64,000 bases of DNA from a virus. Shown one piece after another: positions 32,619 to 43,820 of the stretch (position 1 is its first letter; every line of letters begins with the position of its first letter). A program made the position numbers and the translations under genes. The stretch is from IMG/VR virus record IMGVR_UViG_3300037493_002420, positions 4,461-68,460 of that record, one strand, 5' to 3'. A model generated the notes under the pieces. That model had not been told where the DNA came from. It worked only from the letters and a program-made list of their open reading frames with translations, and ran no database searches.

Positions 32619-34235
32619 TTAGAATGATCCACCAGTAATTGGATTTCTCATAACAATCTTAAGAACCTTAGTAGGATCTTTAACCCAGATAGCAGGCATT
32701 GTTTGAGACATCATTACACGGTAACCGTTAAATTGTCCAGATGATTGGAATCCTTGAGTACGTCCCATGTAGTCCATAGTACCATTTTGATACCACCACT
32801 TCAATTGGTTATCCCAAGATAATTTCAACATAAAGATATTATCATTTGTATTATCAGTAATATCAAAGATAATGAAAGAATAAGATGACAATGGGAAACC
32901 ATCAATGATTGGGTTTTCAATATCATTAGTATGGATATTATCAAATGCTGGATTCAATACAAATTTAACATTAGCCAAGAATGGAATAACGTAAGAAGTA
33001 TATGCAAATCCAAAATTCAAGTCCATTCCTTTACCAGTGATAGCACCAATATCAGCAGCTTGAATCAATAAACCTGAAGATACAGCTTCACGTTTAATAG
33101 CCTCATTGACCATACGCATACCACCCATACCTGTTTGTACTACTAGAGAACGCTTAGGATCTGGACCTTGGAATTCAACTTTACCATTAAAGAAGTTGTA
33201 GATTTCTCCACGGAACAAATCTAATGTAAAGTTATTTTTATTGTAAATTCTTTTGTAAGAATTATCCAATTGCTTCCAAAGACCTACAGATAATCTAACA
33301 TCATCTGGTCCATCTTGACGTACACGTCCACCATGACCCCACATAAGGTAAGTCTCAATATCCGTAGCAATCTTAGTTAAGTGAGCTGCTTCCATGTTAG
33401 TTAAGAAAGTACGTGACAAATCACCATTGTCAAATGCTTTTTTAACTGAATCTTTACCCATAGTTTTAACCATGTCCTCTAAAGAGTTCACAGATGGATC
33501 AATATTCTTATCAAAGTTTCTCCAGATTTCAGTTACAGGAACTGTTCCATCTGCATTCATTCCTCCTTTAATCATCAAGTCTGCACGTGATGAAATAGAA
33601 TAATGTACGTGAGCTTCAGCACCTCCTACAAAGTTGTAGAATTCACGGAAACCTGTGTTAGTTTGGATGTCAGAGAATCTTTCACCATATTCACCTCTTG
33701 CAGAAGACTTACGGAAAACCTTAGTTCCATTAGCAAGATATTTGTTATCAAGATATTTGTAGTTATCATTGTTAACTAACTGTACTGTGTAGATAAAACC
33801 ATCTCCAATTGGAAGAATATCATCTGCAGTAATGTACATCTCAACACCATTATATTTATCATAAGTGATGATATCACCATGACCAAATTCACGTTTGTTA
33901 AGTTTGATTTTAAATGTAGTACCATCTACACCTTTAAAATCATTACCTGATTCAATGTCTTCAATAATGTACGGTAAGTCTTGAGAAACCGGAGTTTGCC
34001 ATTTGTACTCACCACGTGCATTATCAACATTGATAACATTTTTCCCTCCAAAGCTTGATAGCTGATAGAGAGGCATTTCTACTTTCTGTGCCATTGCCCA
34101 TAAATCTACTGGGCCAAGGTCCATCGGCTCAGCATCTTTCAGCATGTTCACAAGGTGGTATGAATCTACATGTGATGATGCCGCATAGGACGTATCACGT
34201 AGGAATATACCGTTGTTTAAAACTGGAGTTGCCAT
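32619..34235 (-). CDS. Major capsid protein (crAss-like, HK97 fold)
   Basis: 538 aa in TerL-portal-scaffold-MCP order; GLWKQL, VQTGMGG and WVKDPTK motifs; followed by a terminator. Confidence 0.82.
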   Translation of the reverse strand: MATPVLNNGIFLRDTSYAASSHVDSYHLVNMLKDAEPMDLGPVDLWAMAQKVEMPLYQLSSFGGKNVINVDNARGEYKWQTPVSQDLPYIIEDIESGNDFKGVDGTTFKIKLNKREFGHGDIITYDKYNGVEMYITADDILPIGDGFIYTVQLVNNDNYKYLDNKYLANGTKVFRKSSARGEYGERFSDIQTNTGFREFYNFVGGAEAHVHYSISSRADLMIKGGMNADGTVPVTEIWRNFDKNIDPSVNSLEDMVKTMGKDSVKKAFDNGDLSRTFLTNMEAAHLTKIATDIETYLMWGHGGRVRQDGPDDVRLSVGLWKQLDNSYKRIYNKNNFTLDLFRGEIYNFFNGKVEFQGPDPKRSLVVQTGMGGMRMVNEAIKREAVSSGLLIQAADIGAITGKGMDLNFGFAYTSYVIPFLANVKFVLNPAFDNIHTNDIENPIIDGFPLSSYSFIIFDITDNTNDNIFMLKLSWDNQLKWWYQNGTMDYMGRTQGFQSSGQFNGYRVMMSQTMPAIWVKDPTKVLKIVMRNPITGGSF

Positions 34236-34257
34236 TTGTACTATTTATTTATTTATA

Positions 34258-35496
34258 TTAAAAGCGTCTGAACATGCTACCACCTGAATTTCTAGGTATG
34301 GTTCTCTGTCCTGTTTTTCTTGTTTTTTCTTCTTTATCATCTGCATCATTAGTAGTAGATGATATCTTTCTTGCTTCTTCTGTTTTAAGCATTCTTACAG
34401 TTTTTTCTGTAACTGCTTTTCCACCTTGTTCTTGTAATTTTGCTTTATATCCTACAGGATCAGCAAGTAACCATAAAGCTTCAGCAATTAAATCATGTCT
34501 TGGTTCAACAAACTGATACTTTTCTAAAAGGTGTCCTAACATATTAGTAGGTTTACCTGATATAGAAGGATAGTTAGGTTGAACTAATCCTGAGTATAAC
34601 ATACTCTGAACTTTTTTATCTAACTTGACACCACTCAACTCTCCTACTGACAATACATCATATACATTATCCATGTATTGTTTAGCTTGGTGAGCTTGTT
34701 GTTCTTTTTTATTTTCTTGATCCGCTAACTTTCTTGCAATAATTTCTTCTTGCATTCTATCTAACTTAGGTTTGAATTGTTTAGCTTTTTGTTCTAGCTT
34801 ATTCATATCTCCCCAATCTTCAATCTCTGCTTCAATTTCTTCTGCATCACCAAAATTTGTAGCATATAAATATTGTCTTGCTATTTCAGCTTGGTGATCT
34901 GTATTATCTGCATCTAATTCAAAGATCTCTTCAACGTGTGCTAATGATCTAAATAAACCTTTTAAATCTTGACCACCATCTGCAACATATTTAGCTGCTA
35001 CTTGTAATTCTTGTGGTAAAGAATTAAAAAATTCTTTTGGTGTATTTTCTCTAACTTTATTTTCTCTCTCTTGAAAGTTAGCTTCAAACAATTCTCTGAA
35101 ATCTTTAGTAGTGTATTCTTCTAAAGATTTATCATCATCAAATCCTACTAAACTACCTTCTTCAATCATTTTTTGTGCTAGTTCATATAAACCTGACTTA
35201 TCTACTTTAGGTCTACCTTTATTACCAGCATCTTCTTCTTGAGAGATTAAACCATTAAGTTCATCTATAGTCTCATTAATTTCTATCTTTTCCTCAGCAG
35301 TAGTTTTAGTTTCTGCATTTGGAGTGTCAAGGAACGTAGTATCCACCATCTCCTTGGTGAACATTGTTTTTGGTTTTTCAGTTTGTTTACCATTTTCTGG
35401 TAATAACACACTTTCTGCACCTGGCATTCCAAACATCTCATCTAGATCTACCTCTACTTCACTTACCGTTGTAAGATTTTGTGCTTCTTCACTCAT
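34258..35496 (-). CDS. Acidic scaffold-like protein (likely start MSEEAQ)
   Basis: Highly acidic helical protein between portal and MCP. Confidence 0.6.
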   Translation of the reverse strand: MSEEAQNLTTVSEVEVDLDEMFGMPGAESVLLPENGKQTEKPKTMFTKEMVDTTFLDTPNAETKTTAEEKIEINETIDELNGLISQEEDAGNKGRPKVDKSGLYELAQKMIEEGSLVGFDDDKSLEEYTTKDFRELFEANFQERENKVRENTPKEFFNSLPQELQVAAKYVADGGQDLKGLFRSLAHVEEIFELDADNTDHQAEIARQYLYATNFGDAEEIEAEIEDWGDMNKLEQKAKQFKPKLDRMQEEIIARKLADQENKKEQQAHQAKQYMDNVYDVLSVGELSGVKLDKKVQSMLYSGLVQPNYPSISGKPTNMLGHLLEKYQFVEPRHDLIAEALWLLADPVGYKAKLQEQGGKAVTEKTVRMLKTEEARKISSTTNDADDKEEKTRKTGQRTIPRNSGGSMFRRF

Positions 35497-35605
35497 TTTA
35501 TTATTGTTGGTTATTAATTTAATATACGTATTTTTAAACAAATAAACTTCTAATATTTAAAATAATCTAACTTTATAATATTATTTTCAGCATTATATAG
35601 CTAAC

Positions 35606-38350
35606 TTATTTTTTCTTAGGCTGAGGTTTATCAAATTTATTTTTATTTGTTTGTGCAATTCTTAATGCATTAGCTGCTATTTCTTTTTGAGCTGCTATTT
35701 TTTCTCTTTCTATTTCATTTTTTGAATTTTGATTAACCATCTTATTACTTTCTTTTTGTCTTTCTAATTGACTTTGATCTTGGTATTGTTCAGATTGACG
35801 GATATCTTTCATAGCATCTTGATAATCAGAAACCTTATTTTCATTAACATCAACTGCTGCACCAAAACCTGCAGATCTAATTTCAGCTACAACTACATTA
35901 TTTTCAAGTTGGTTAGCTTGTTCTTCTGCTCTAGCTTGAATATCCATTTGCTTTTGTTTCTCTTGAGAAGCAATCATGTCATCTTGCATTTGCTTAGCAT
36001 TCTGTTGCTCTTGTTGTTTTTGTTGTTGTATCTTAGCTTCAGAATCTTTAAGTACATGATTAAGTTCTGCAATAGATTCTGACTGAACTACTTTACCTAG
36101 ATCATATATAGAAGCTCCTGTAGTATTATTTTGTAATGACATTTGTTTTAACTGTTCTAGGATAGCTCTATGATTAGCTGTAGTAGTACAGAATATATTT
36201 AAATCTCTAAGCATTAAATCAGTACCAAATACTTCAAAGTTAACTTTCTCATCTGCACTAGTCATATAAGTAAGTCTTTTAGAAGGATTAGTACTATGAT
36301 AATATTGTGCTAGATCTGTACGCATTTGATGTACTCTAGGCATTAAATAATCACAGTGTTGTATAAAGTAAGTTTCTGTTTGTGCATAAGATGCAGCAAC
36401 GGCTTGCTCTACTCCAGTAGCTGTAGTTCTAGATAACTCTTGACCCATACGTTGAGGATTTACACCAATTACTTCATAAGCTTGTTGCTTAAAATAATTA
36501 GCTAACTGTATCCTTGACATTAATCTATTAGTTTGTTCTAAATCTAATTTCTGGAAATGTTGAAAGTTTAATGCATTTTCTGTATTAGTAATAGAAGTAT
36601 CTAATGGAAGCATCTGAAAATTCTTCATTGCTACATAAGCTTTAGCTAAATTGTTTTTACCCCAATCTTCTCCCATAGAATGTCTTGGTAAAGCATTTTG
36701 ATCTAATAGTATTACTGTACCTAGTTCATCTATTAATATATCAGCAATTTGATTATTTACAATGTTATAACCTATTTGATAAGGTTTCATAAGATCTAGT
36801 AATGCAGTTGACTTAGTATTTCTATCAGAAAATACTGCACCTTCTACAGGTAACTTACAACCATATATAGTAGCATCACCTTTAAATTGAAACTTAAGGG
36901 GTCCTATTTCAGGTCTATCTATACCTACATACAAAGGAGTAAATCCTCCAGGATTATTCATACCCCAGAAGGATGGAATATTAGGTCCGATTTTTACACC
37001 ACCCCATACATTATTAATCCATACCCAATCTATATGTTCACCATATATAACATTATCTTTAGTCTTATTCTTAAAAAGTCTTGTATCATAAATAGGTTTA
37101 TCAGTGACTTTATAATCTTCAGTTACAATTTCTACTATAACTTGACCATTATCTGCTACTTTAGTTAAGTGTCCTACTTTTATTTGTGATTTCCAATATC
37201 CTGTAGATACTCTTAATAAATATGCAGTACCTTGTTCATAGTAGTCTTCACCTTCTGATAGAATATAATTAATTATATCTCCACCATTATGTGCTGAATT
37301 AGCCATTGCAGTAGTAAGTTGTCTCATGCCTAATGAAGGCATATTTGTATTCCACTCATGACTCTTAGTACCATCATAGAAAGTACCATCATTTTGATAA
37401 CCACCAATATTATATCCTGCAGATCTTATAGGATAAATAGCTTCAAGTGATTCCATTTGTTCTGTAGTCATAAGATAACCATACTTATCTATAACATCAG
37501 CTACTGTCATCATATCTGTCTTACCTACATAGTTTGATTGAGATATATATCTTGCATCCGGAGACTTATGATAAAAGCATAATACAGGATTCCACAATTC
37601 TACCTCATAATCATCTTCCATCATACGCATATGCCAGAACTCTCTATCTGTAATAAGCATATCTCTAAAAGCTCTTTCTTCTAATTCTTCCATTCTAAAT
37701 CGGCCTACATCTACTTTATGTTGATGTGTGGCCCATTCTTCTGCCATAGATCTATAGTCTTTTTTAAAGAAAGATTCTATTTCTGGAAGTGATTTTAATT
37801 TTTCTGGACTTAATTCTTGTTGAGCCTCTTCAGATTCAGGATCCAAACCTTGTTCCATGAGGGCACTTTTAATTTTTACTTGAGCTTCAGACATTAAAGT
37901 TTCTTCAACCATAGCTCTTTTTTCTTCCATCATCTCATTATACGTAAACTCATCTACAGCTCTGTAAGTTAGTTTAGTAGATCTTTTAGCAAACTCTGCT
38001 ACAAGTACATTAATTACATTAGGAATAATAGGATAAAATTTTAACTCTAATGCTGAAGCATCTTCTGCAGTTAAAACATCTATAATTTCTTTATATTCAT
38101 TATCTTCTTCTACTATATAATCAGTTTTATCTATAATACCTTTTGCAAGTTTATAGTTTTTCATGAGTCTTCTGGCATTTCTTCGGATCTGTTTAAGGCC
38201 CTGCCATTCTAACCAGTCTAGATTCCATGCAGCCCAATGCTCATCTTTTTCTATCTTAGGTATAAATTGTAAAGGTTGTGTAACACTACCTAATCTATTT
38301 TGTTTTACCTTAGCTCCGGCTTTAGCTTGGAGTGCGTTGATTACTTGCAT
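35606..38350 (-). CDS. Portal protein
   Basis: 914 aa after TerL; YPIIPNVINVL, LMKPYQIGYNIV, IGVNPQRMG motifs and a C-terminal coiled coil. Confidence 0.85.
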   Translation of the reverse strand: MQVINALQAKAGAKVKQNRLGSVTQPLQFIPKIEKDEHWAAWNLDWLEWQGLKQIRRNARRLMKNYKLAKGIIDKTDYIVEEDNEYKEIIDVLTAEDASALELKFYPIIPNVINVLVAEFAKRSTKLTYRAVDEFTYNEMMEEKRAMVEETLMSEAQVKIKSALMEQGLDPESEEAQQELSPEKLKSLPEIESFFKKDYRSMAEEWATHQHKVDVGRFRMEELEERAFRDMLITDREFWHMRMMEDDYEVELWNPVLCFYHKSPDARYISQSNYVGKTDMMTVADVIDKYGYLMTTEQMESLEAIYPIRSAGYNIGGYQNDGTFYDGTKSHEWNTNMPSLGMRQLTTAMANSAHNGGDIINYILSEGEDYYEQGTAYLLRVSTGYWKSQIKVGHLTKVADNGQVIVEIVTEDYKVTDKPIYDTRLFKNKTKDNVIYGEHIDWVWINNVWGGVKIGPNIPSFWGMNNPGGFTPLYVGIDRPEIGPLKFQFKGDATIYGCKLPVEGAVFSDRNTKSTALLDLMKPYQIGYNIVNNQIADILIDELGTVILLDQNALPRHSMGEDWGKNNLAKAYVAMKNFQMLPLDTSITNTENALNFQHFQKLDLEQTNRLMSRIQLANYFKQQAYEVIGVNPQRMGQELSRTTATGVEQAVAASYAQTETYFIQHCDYLMPRVHQMRTDLAQYYHSTNPSKRLTYMTSADEKVNFEVFGTDLMLRDLNIFCTTTANHRAILEQLKQMSLQNNTTGASIYDLGKVVQSESIAELNHVLKDSEAKIQQQKQQEQQNAKQMQDDMIASQEKQKQMDIQARAEEQANQLENNVVVAEIRSAGFGAAVDVNENKVSDYQDAMKDIRQSEQYQDQSQLERQKESNKMVNQNSKNEIEREKIAAQKEIAANALRIAQTNKNKFDKPQPKKK

Positions 38351-38355
38351 ATTAT

Positions 38356-40563
38356 TTATTTAAGATTTTTGAATGCAGATCTATTCATACTTTTACCGTT
38401 AACCATCTTAGATGACTTACCTAAATTACGAAAAGGACTACTGTTTAATTTATACAAATTTTTTGACTTATCCAAATTTTTACCTGCTTCATCCATGATT
38501 ACTTTCTTTGTGTAACCTCTATTAGCTTGTTGAATTCTCATAAATGCTACTAATGCAGAAAAAGCCACTAGCCTATCCACGTTGAGTCCATCTACATATG
38601 CATGCATTTCTTTAAGTAACATAATATCTGGAATCCTTTCAATACCATAAGTTGTTTTAACTATAGTACCATCTTCTTTAGTTACTGTATCTAGTTCTTC
38701 TTTAGTATATTCTATAACATAACTTAGTAAGTGATGTTTAAACAATACCCCAGTATTTCTCCAACCATAATCTTGGAATACACTTTTATTAGCACCTAAG
38801 TCTTTAAGGAACATTATCTGATCTTTTTGTACTAGATACCTTTGTTTCTTTCTTGATATCATATAATTAATAAAGTGAGAAATGTTATTCTCTACTACGG
38901 TCCATGCATTGTACCATTCTATTATTAATTCTAGTCTCTCATGAGTTTGTTTAATATCATCAAATCTTCCACACCATGCGGCTACTATTTTATCTTGTTC
39001 TATATATGTTTCAGTTTCAGTACCAGTAACCTTAGTTACTTCAACAGGAGCTTTCATTATATATATGGAACATAGTGAATCTGAGGTAGTTGTTTTACCT
39101 TCAGCAACCGGGTCAATAGATGCATAATACTCTCCAAATCCGGGAGTACCTTGAGGTCTTTCCCATACTACTAAAACTCCTGTTTTATCTTCAGTTTTTT
39201 TAGTCATTGGAAATTCTCTGATAGGTATTTTATTACTATCTCTAACTTTTACTTTACCTGTTTCATCTCTAGATATATCTAGATATTCATATCCATATTC
39301 TTTATCTTCTATTCTTCTTATTTGAGCAGTTACTAGATGAGATGGGAACTTAGATACTTTTCTATGTTTAAATGCTTCCGCAATATTTCTTGGGTGCTGA
39401 GATATCTCTAATTGATAATCTTCAGGATCCATTGTTTTTTTAATTTCTTCAAAATACTCATCTAAAGCTTTTAAAGATTCTTCTACTAAAGAGTTACCAT
39501 AAGGATCTATGTAGGGAGGCATAGACCATTGCTCAGGTATAAATAATCCTGACATACCTATAGTACCTTCTTCATCTATAAGATTACTTTCTACAGCATA
39601 AATCTCATTAGCTCCTGGATCCAGGATCATTTTCTTAAGTGGTTCACACTGATCTAAATCACCTACAGAACCTGCTGCAATAAATAATCCTGTAGTAATC
39701 ATACCTGATTTTAGTGCAGGTTTAATATAACCATATGTAACATTCATCTTTGGAGCAATACCGGCCTCTTCATGGAAGAAAAATTTAACTGGTCCCCCTA
39801 CTCCATTTGTAGGACTCTTTTCAAAAGACATACCTTGTATAGTACCTTTAAGACCTACTTCAGCTTTTCTATCTCCTTTTCTTACTTCAATTTTTTGTTG
39901 CCACATCATTACTTTATCCGGAGACATTGGTCTATACCAAGCAGTATGTTCATTAAGAAAAGCTGCATACTCAGATAAAAACTTCCAAGTACCTTTCTCA
40001 TTTATATAATCTTTTAGATTGGCTCCCATTTTAAGTGTGACACCGGCCTCAAACCATAACTGATTTATAAGTTTACCAGCATGAAAATATGAGGAAGCTA
40101 TCTGTCTTTTCTTTAAAATAGCAACATGCTTATAGAATAACTCAGCTAGTAATTCATATAAAGCCATATGATACTGTGCATCTCTTATCTGAGCAAAGTC
40201 AAACTTTTGTTGTTCCTTATCAAAGATAGGTAAGAAGTTTAACCACATATAGTAGTCTCTTGATAGATACCATACTTTACCTTTAGACTTAATTAATACA
40301 CCTAACCTACATTTAGTCTTTTGATCTTCCCAGTATGTTACAAAATCCTTAGATTTAAAAGGAGCTAAACAATATACTTTATCTTTTCTAAATTTATTTG
40401 ATTCAATAATAAATACCTCATTACTTACTTCATCAAATTCATATTGGCCAGGTTCCTTAAATAGAGTTAATACATAATCTCTCCAAGCATCTCTTGATTC
40501 AAATGATGTCGTAGTCCAAGTACCATTATCCCATGTGGGTATATCTGTATATATATTTTCCAT
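38356..40563 (-). CDS. terL: Terminase large subunit
   Basis: ILKKRQIASSY (Walker A region), FFFHEEAG (Walker B), ASIDPV and NVDR nuclease motifs. Confidence 0.92.
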   Translation of the reverse strand: MENIYTDIPTWDNGTWTTTSFESRDAWRDYVLTLFKEPGQYEFDEVSNEVFIIESNKFRKDKVYCLAPFKSKDFVTYWEDQKTKCRLGVLIKSKGKVWYLSRDYYMWLNFLPIFDKEQQKFDFAQIRDAQYHMALYELLAELFYKHVAILKKRQIASSYFHAGKLINQLWFEAGVTLKMGANLKDYINEKGTWKFLSEYAAFLNEHTAWYRPMSPDKVMMWQQKIEVRKGDRKAEVGLKGTIQGMSFEKSPTNGVGGPVKFFFHEEAGIAPKMNVTYGYIKPALKSGMITTGLFIAAGSVGDLDQCEPLKKMILDPGANEIYAVESNLIDEEGTIGMSGLFIPEQWSMPPYIDPYGNSLVEESLKALDEYFEEIKKTMDPEDYQLEISQHPRNIAEAFKHRKVSKFPSHLVTAQIRRIEDKEYGYEYLDISRDETGKVKVRDSNKIPIREFPMTKKTEDKTGVLVVWERPQGTPGFGEYYASIDPVAEGKTTTSDSLCSIYIMKAPVEVTKVTGTETETYIEQDKIVAAWCGRFDDIKQTHERLELIIEWYNAWTVVENNISHFINYMISRKKQRYLVQKDQIMFLKDLGANKSVFQDYGWRNTGVLFKHHLLSYVIEYTKEELDTVTKEDGTIVKTTYGIERIPDIMLLKEMHAYVDGLNVDRLVAFSALVAFMRIQQANRGYTKKVIMDEAGKNLDKSKNLYKLNSSPFRNLGKSSKMVNGKSMNRSAFKNLK

Positions 40564-40565
40564 AA

Positions 40566-41081
40566 TTAACTGTCATACGCCAAACCTTGGCCTCCGCGTA
40601 CTGTGCTTTTTTGTTCTTCTTGAAGATCTTTATAAGCTCCTTTAAAGGACCCTCTGATAGCTTCATATTTAGCAGCGGCATTTACTAATGCTGTGATATT
40701 ACCATCCCGGCCATCTGTAATAGATGTAGTTTCCATATATCTACCTAATCTATCTAACATAGATGCAATACCATTATATGCTCTAGATGTAGGAGTCTCA
40801 TACATTCTTTCACAAAATTTTAAAGCAATAAATATTGTATCATCTTCAGTAGAAAAATCTCCTTCAATTTGTTTTAATATAAGTTCTTCTTTATCTAATA
40901 TTGGTGTATAAAAGAAAGGATTCAAGTCAGGATTAGGGCATGTCATGTAGAATAAGTACTGATAAATTTTTAAATAATTATCAGGATACTCTTCCATAAT
41001 ATCTTTTAAAGCCTTTAATGAATAACAATGCTCTGTAGGTATTAATACATTATTCTGTATATCAAATAGTTTTATCAGCAT
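40566..41081 (-). CDS. Hypothetical protein, possible terminase small subunit
   Basis: Helical 171-aa protein immediately upstream of terL; ends in VRGG. Confidence 0.4.
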   Translation of the reverse strand: MLIKLFDIQNNVLIPTEHCYSLKALKDIMEEYPDNYLKIYQYLFYMTCPNPDLNPFFYTPILDKEELILKQIEGDFSTEDDTIFIALKFCERMYETPTSRAYNGIASMLDRLGRYMETTSITDGRDGNITALVNAAAKYEAIRGSFKGAYKDLQEEQKSTVRGGQGLAYDS

Positions 41082-41319
41082 TTATAAAAGTTTTATATGT
41101 ATTATTAAATTTACTGTATGGTATATCAATACAATAATTATCCCCATATTCTGTAAATACAACGGTATATGTTTCTAGTGTGCCTTCGTCATCTATAGAT
41201 TGTCTATATGCTACAATTATATTTATGTCAAAGCTAAAAGGAACTAGTAAAATAGAATCTTGGCCAGTTAATTCTTTTATTTTGGTATTTGTCATTATAA
41301 TTTTACAATCTACTATCAT
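41062..41319 (-). CDS. Hypothetical protein
   Basis: 85-aa ORF overlapping its neighbours in the operon. Confidence 0.55.
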   Translation of the reverse strand: MIVDCKIIMTNTKIKELTGQDSILLVPFSFDINIIVAYRQSIDDEGTLETYTVVFTEYGDNYCIDIPYSKFNNTYKTFINADKTI

Positions 41320-42149
41320 TTCTTTTTAAGTTTATGTTTATTATCATGTAACCAGTTAACAATACTAATTACTTCATCTTTTAAATAAGGTACTTCTATA
41401 GGTATAACTTCTTTTACAATAGGATTATTATCTTGATCATACTTAGTAATAGGGTAACCCCATTTATCTATATCATCATTCTCAAATATTATATGATGTA
41501 AATACATCTTACCTACCTGTAATTTAGGATTATGTTTTAATATAATATACATATATATACTTAACTGTAATGCATAATGTGTAAAACTACAGTCATCTAA
41601 GTGATTTACTGGAAATAACATTTTTTTAGAAATACCTTCCCAATTTTTATAAGATTCAGTTTTAATTTCTTTATTAGTTTTATAATCAATTATATCTACA
41701 TGACCATTTACTATTTCAACTAAATCAGATTGCCCACATATACTAGCTGATTTTAAATATACCATATGCTCAGGATATATACCATCTGTAATTTTTTGAT
41801 CAGGTGCATATTTAATACCATCTGTTTCAAGAGGTATATACACAGGAAGAGGTATACCTTCTCTTTCTATAGATGCTAAACTACATAAATCATTTTCCCG
41901 TTGATTATGGTAAAATGTACCTAAACCACTTGCTCTATCAGATTCAGATTTCCATATTGCTTGTATAGAGTCAGGAGTTAATCCAAACCATTTAGAACTT
42001 TTCTGTTTAGAACATTTAATTGCAATAGTTTTTGCATCAAAAGGTTCTTTAAATTGAGATATTAATGTAGTGACACTTGTCCAATTTATAGGATTATCGT
42101 AATCAAGACTAGTATAACTGTGATCTTCTGCTTTAAAATATATACTCAT
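41316..42149 (-). CDS. PD-(D/E)XK nuclease (Cas4/lambda-exonuclease-like)
   Basis: SVTT, GTFYH, E..GQSDL..IIDYKTN, YALQLSIY. Confidence 0.85.
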   Translation of the reverse strand: MSIYFKAEDHSYTSLDYDNPINWTSVTTLISQFKEPFDAKTIAIKCSKQKSSKWFGLTPDSIQAIWKSESDRASGLGTFYHNQRENDLCSLASIEREGIPLPVYIPLETDGIKYAPDQKITDGIYPEHMVYLKSASICGQSDLVEIVNGHVDIIDYKTNKEIKTESYKNWEGISKKMLFPVNHLDDCSFTHYALQLSIYMYIILKHNPKLQVGKMYLHHIIFENDDIDKWGYPITKYDQDNNPIVKEVIPIEVPYLKDEVISIVNWLHDNKHKLKKK

Positions 42150-42179
42150 TTTTTTTTAAATTAGTTATTATTTTAATAG

Positions 42180-42491
42180 TTATAAATTATTTAATTTGTC
42201 TTCATCTTTTTCTGTTATTACCGCTTTCCATTTATATGCCGGGCAGTCTGAAGATAAGGCTCTTACTTTAAACTTAAGTGAGCATCCACATAATGAACAA
42301 CAGGGTTGAGTACCAGACATTAAACATTTATCACCTTCTATATCTTTTTTAGGACAGGCATGACAAATTATTAATCTTTGTTCTGCAATTTTTTCTACAA
42401 ACTCATCACGAATAATACTATTTGTAATTCCTTCAAGAATTTGTTTTCTATTCTTCCAAATTGTTGTTAGTTTTCCTTGCATTTTTTTCAA
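42180..42491 (-). CDS. Small zinc-finger protein
   Basis: CHAC..C..CCSLCGC..CP..KW. Confidence 0.6.
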   Translation of the reverse strand: MKKMQGKLTTIWKNRKQILEGITNSIIRDEFVEKIAEQRLIICHACPKKDIEGDKCLMSGTQPCCSLCGCSLKFKVRALSSDCPAYKWKAVITEKDEDKLNNL

Positions 42492-42837
42492 TTAAAAAGG
42501 TTTCTTTTTTTAGTTTATTTTCATCTAATATGATTTTAATCTTATAAAGATCTTTTAATCTAGATGTTAACCTAACTTTATTATGATAATTTTTATATGA
42601 GTATGTATTAAGTTTTGCTATTATTCTTTCATACTTTAATATCAAATTATCTACAGTTCTTGTTTTAACTACAAACTGACCTAAACCATCAATATTTATT
42701 TTAGTATGATTCATTGATGTCAGTTCTTGTCTAACTTCTTTATAAAAGAAAGTTATAATACTATCTACTAATAACTCATTTAAATCATTATCCTCAACTA
42801 ATTGCTTTATAATTTGTTTAGGTTTTTTTGGAATCAT
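42448..42837 (-). CDS. HU/IHF-like protein
   Basis: Two N-terminal helices then KINIDGLGQFVV. Confidence 0.6.
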   Translation of the reverse strand: MIPKKPKQIIKQLVEDNDLNELLVDSIITFFYKEVRQELTSMNHTKINIDGLGQFVVKTRTVDNLILKYERIIAKLNTYSYKNYHNKVRLTSRLKDLYKIKIILDENKLKKETFLIEKNARKTNNNLEE

Positions 42838-43196
42838 TTACCTAAAAATTTATAATCTAATAATATATCTCCTGTTGTCTGTATTTTTAATTCCGGATTA
42901 ATCATAATAAGTTTTTTATTATCCTTATCCTTTACAACTAAGTTATGTTTCTCAGATTTATTAATAGCATTTCTTACTGTTTGAGCAGATTTAAAAATTG
43001 GATCTTCTTCTGAAGATGCATCATAACAAAAATGTGTTAATTCAATAGAACCTGTTATACTCAACAAGGTTAAACATTTAAGATCAGATTCACTCATTGT
43101 TATATGATTTAAATAACAATGAGTGAGTATCTGAAATTTAATTATTTCTTGCTTAGTCATAACAGCACGTTTTTGTACTTGGTTAACTAATGCCAT
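42834..43196 (-). CDS. Putative winged-HTH protein
   Basis: SAQTVRNAINKSEKHNLV helix-wing pattern. Confidence 0.45.
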   Translation of the reverse strand: MALVNQVQKRAVMTKQEIIKFQILTHCYLNHITMSESDLKCLTLLSITGSIELTHFCYDASSEEDPIFKSAQTVRNAINKSEKHNLVVKDKDNKKLIMINPELKIQTTGDILLDYKFLGK

Positions 43197-43202
43197 TGTC
43201 TA

Positions 43203-43487
43203 TTATGATTTTTTTAATTTTCTTTCTAGAGGAAGTTCTTCTTCTTTTTCTTCCATCTTATATCTTTCTCCAGTTTCTTGATGCTCTTGATCTTGTTGAG
43301 CCATTCTTGCATATTGCATTTGAATTTGAGTTCTTTTAAATCTAGCTTCATCAATACTAGCAAGTAAGGTTTCATACCTAGATTGTGCTTCTAAGTAAGG
43401 TAAAGATTCAGTATAAAACTGTAACATCTCTTCTTTTTTTTGCATTAACTCTTCTACAGTTAATTCAGTTTCTTGTTGGTTTTCCAT
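43203..43487 (-). CDS. Hypothetical coiled-coil protein
   Basis: 94-aa ORF just downstream of a promoter-like element. Confidence 0.6.
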   Translation of the reverse strand: MENQQETELTVEELMQKKEEMLQFYTESLPYLEAQSRYETLLASIDEARFKRTQIQMQYARMAQQDQEHQETGERYKMEEKEEELPLERKLKKS

Positions 43488-43510
43488 TGTTATACTTTTA
43501 AAGTTTAAAA

Positions 43511-43518
43511 CAAATGTA
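43511..43518 (-). promoter_or_regulatory. Bacteroidota-type -7 promoter element
   Basis: TACATTTG matches TAnnTTTG; about 24 nt upstream of an ATG and just after a terminator. Confidence 0.5.
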
Positions 43519-43552
43519 ACTAAATAAGTTTAAACTTCAAACATTTAAATGC

Positions 43553-43583
43553 AAAAAACCCAGATACTTAAGATACCTGGGTT
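43553..43583 (-). terminator. Putative intrinsic terminator
   Basis: AACCCAG..CTGGGTT hairpin with a minus-strand U-tract. Confidence 0.6.
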
Positions 43584-43602
43584 AATGTAATACTTTATAA
43601 TA

Positions 43603-43818
43603 TTAATGATTTGGCTTATGGCAATTAAATTGATTTTTTTTACATTTATTATTTTTGTTAGCTTTTTTCTTTATATTATCACCAAAACCTAACATTGCCT
43701 CAGGTACATTAGATGCATTACTTGTTATCATATTTGTAGTTGCTTTGTTACCCGGTGCAAAATCAAATGTATTCATACCTCCTACAGCATACGTGTGAAG
43801 ACCCTTAAAATTTTTCAT
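43603..43818 (-). CDS. Small basic hypothetical protein
   Basis: 71-aa ORF in the operon; YAVGG motif. Confidence 0.5.
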   Translation of the reverse strand: MKNFKGLHTYAVGGMNTFDFAPGNKATTNMITSNASNVPEAMLGFGDNIKKKANKNNKCKKNQFNCHKPNH

Positions 43819-43820
43819 AA

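Noticed and set aside
41316-42149. Cas4 as part of a CRISPR system
   Set aside because: A solo PD-(D/E)XK nuclease near terL is normal in crAss-like phages; no Fe-S cysteine set, cas1 or array
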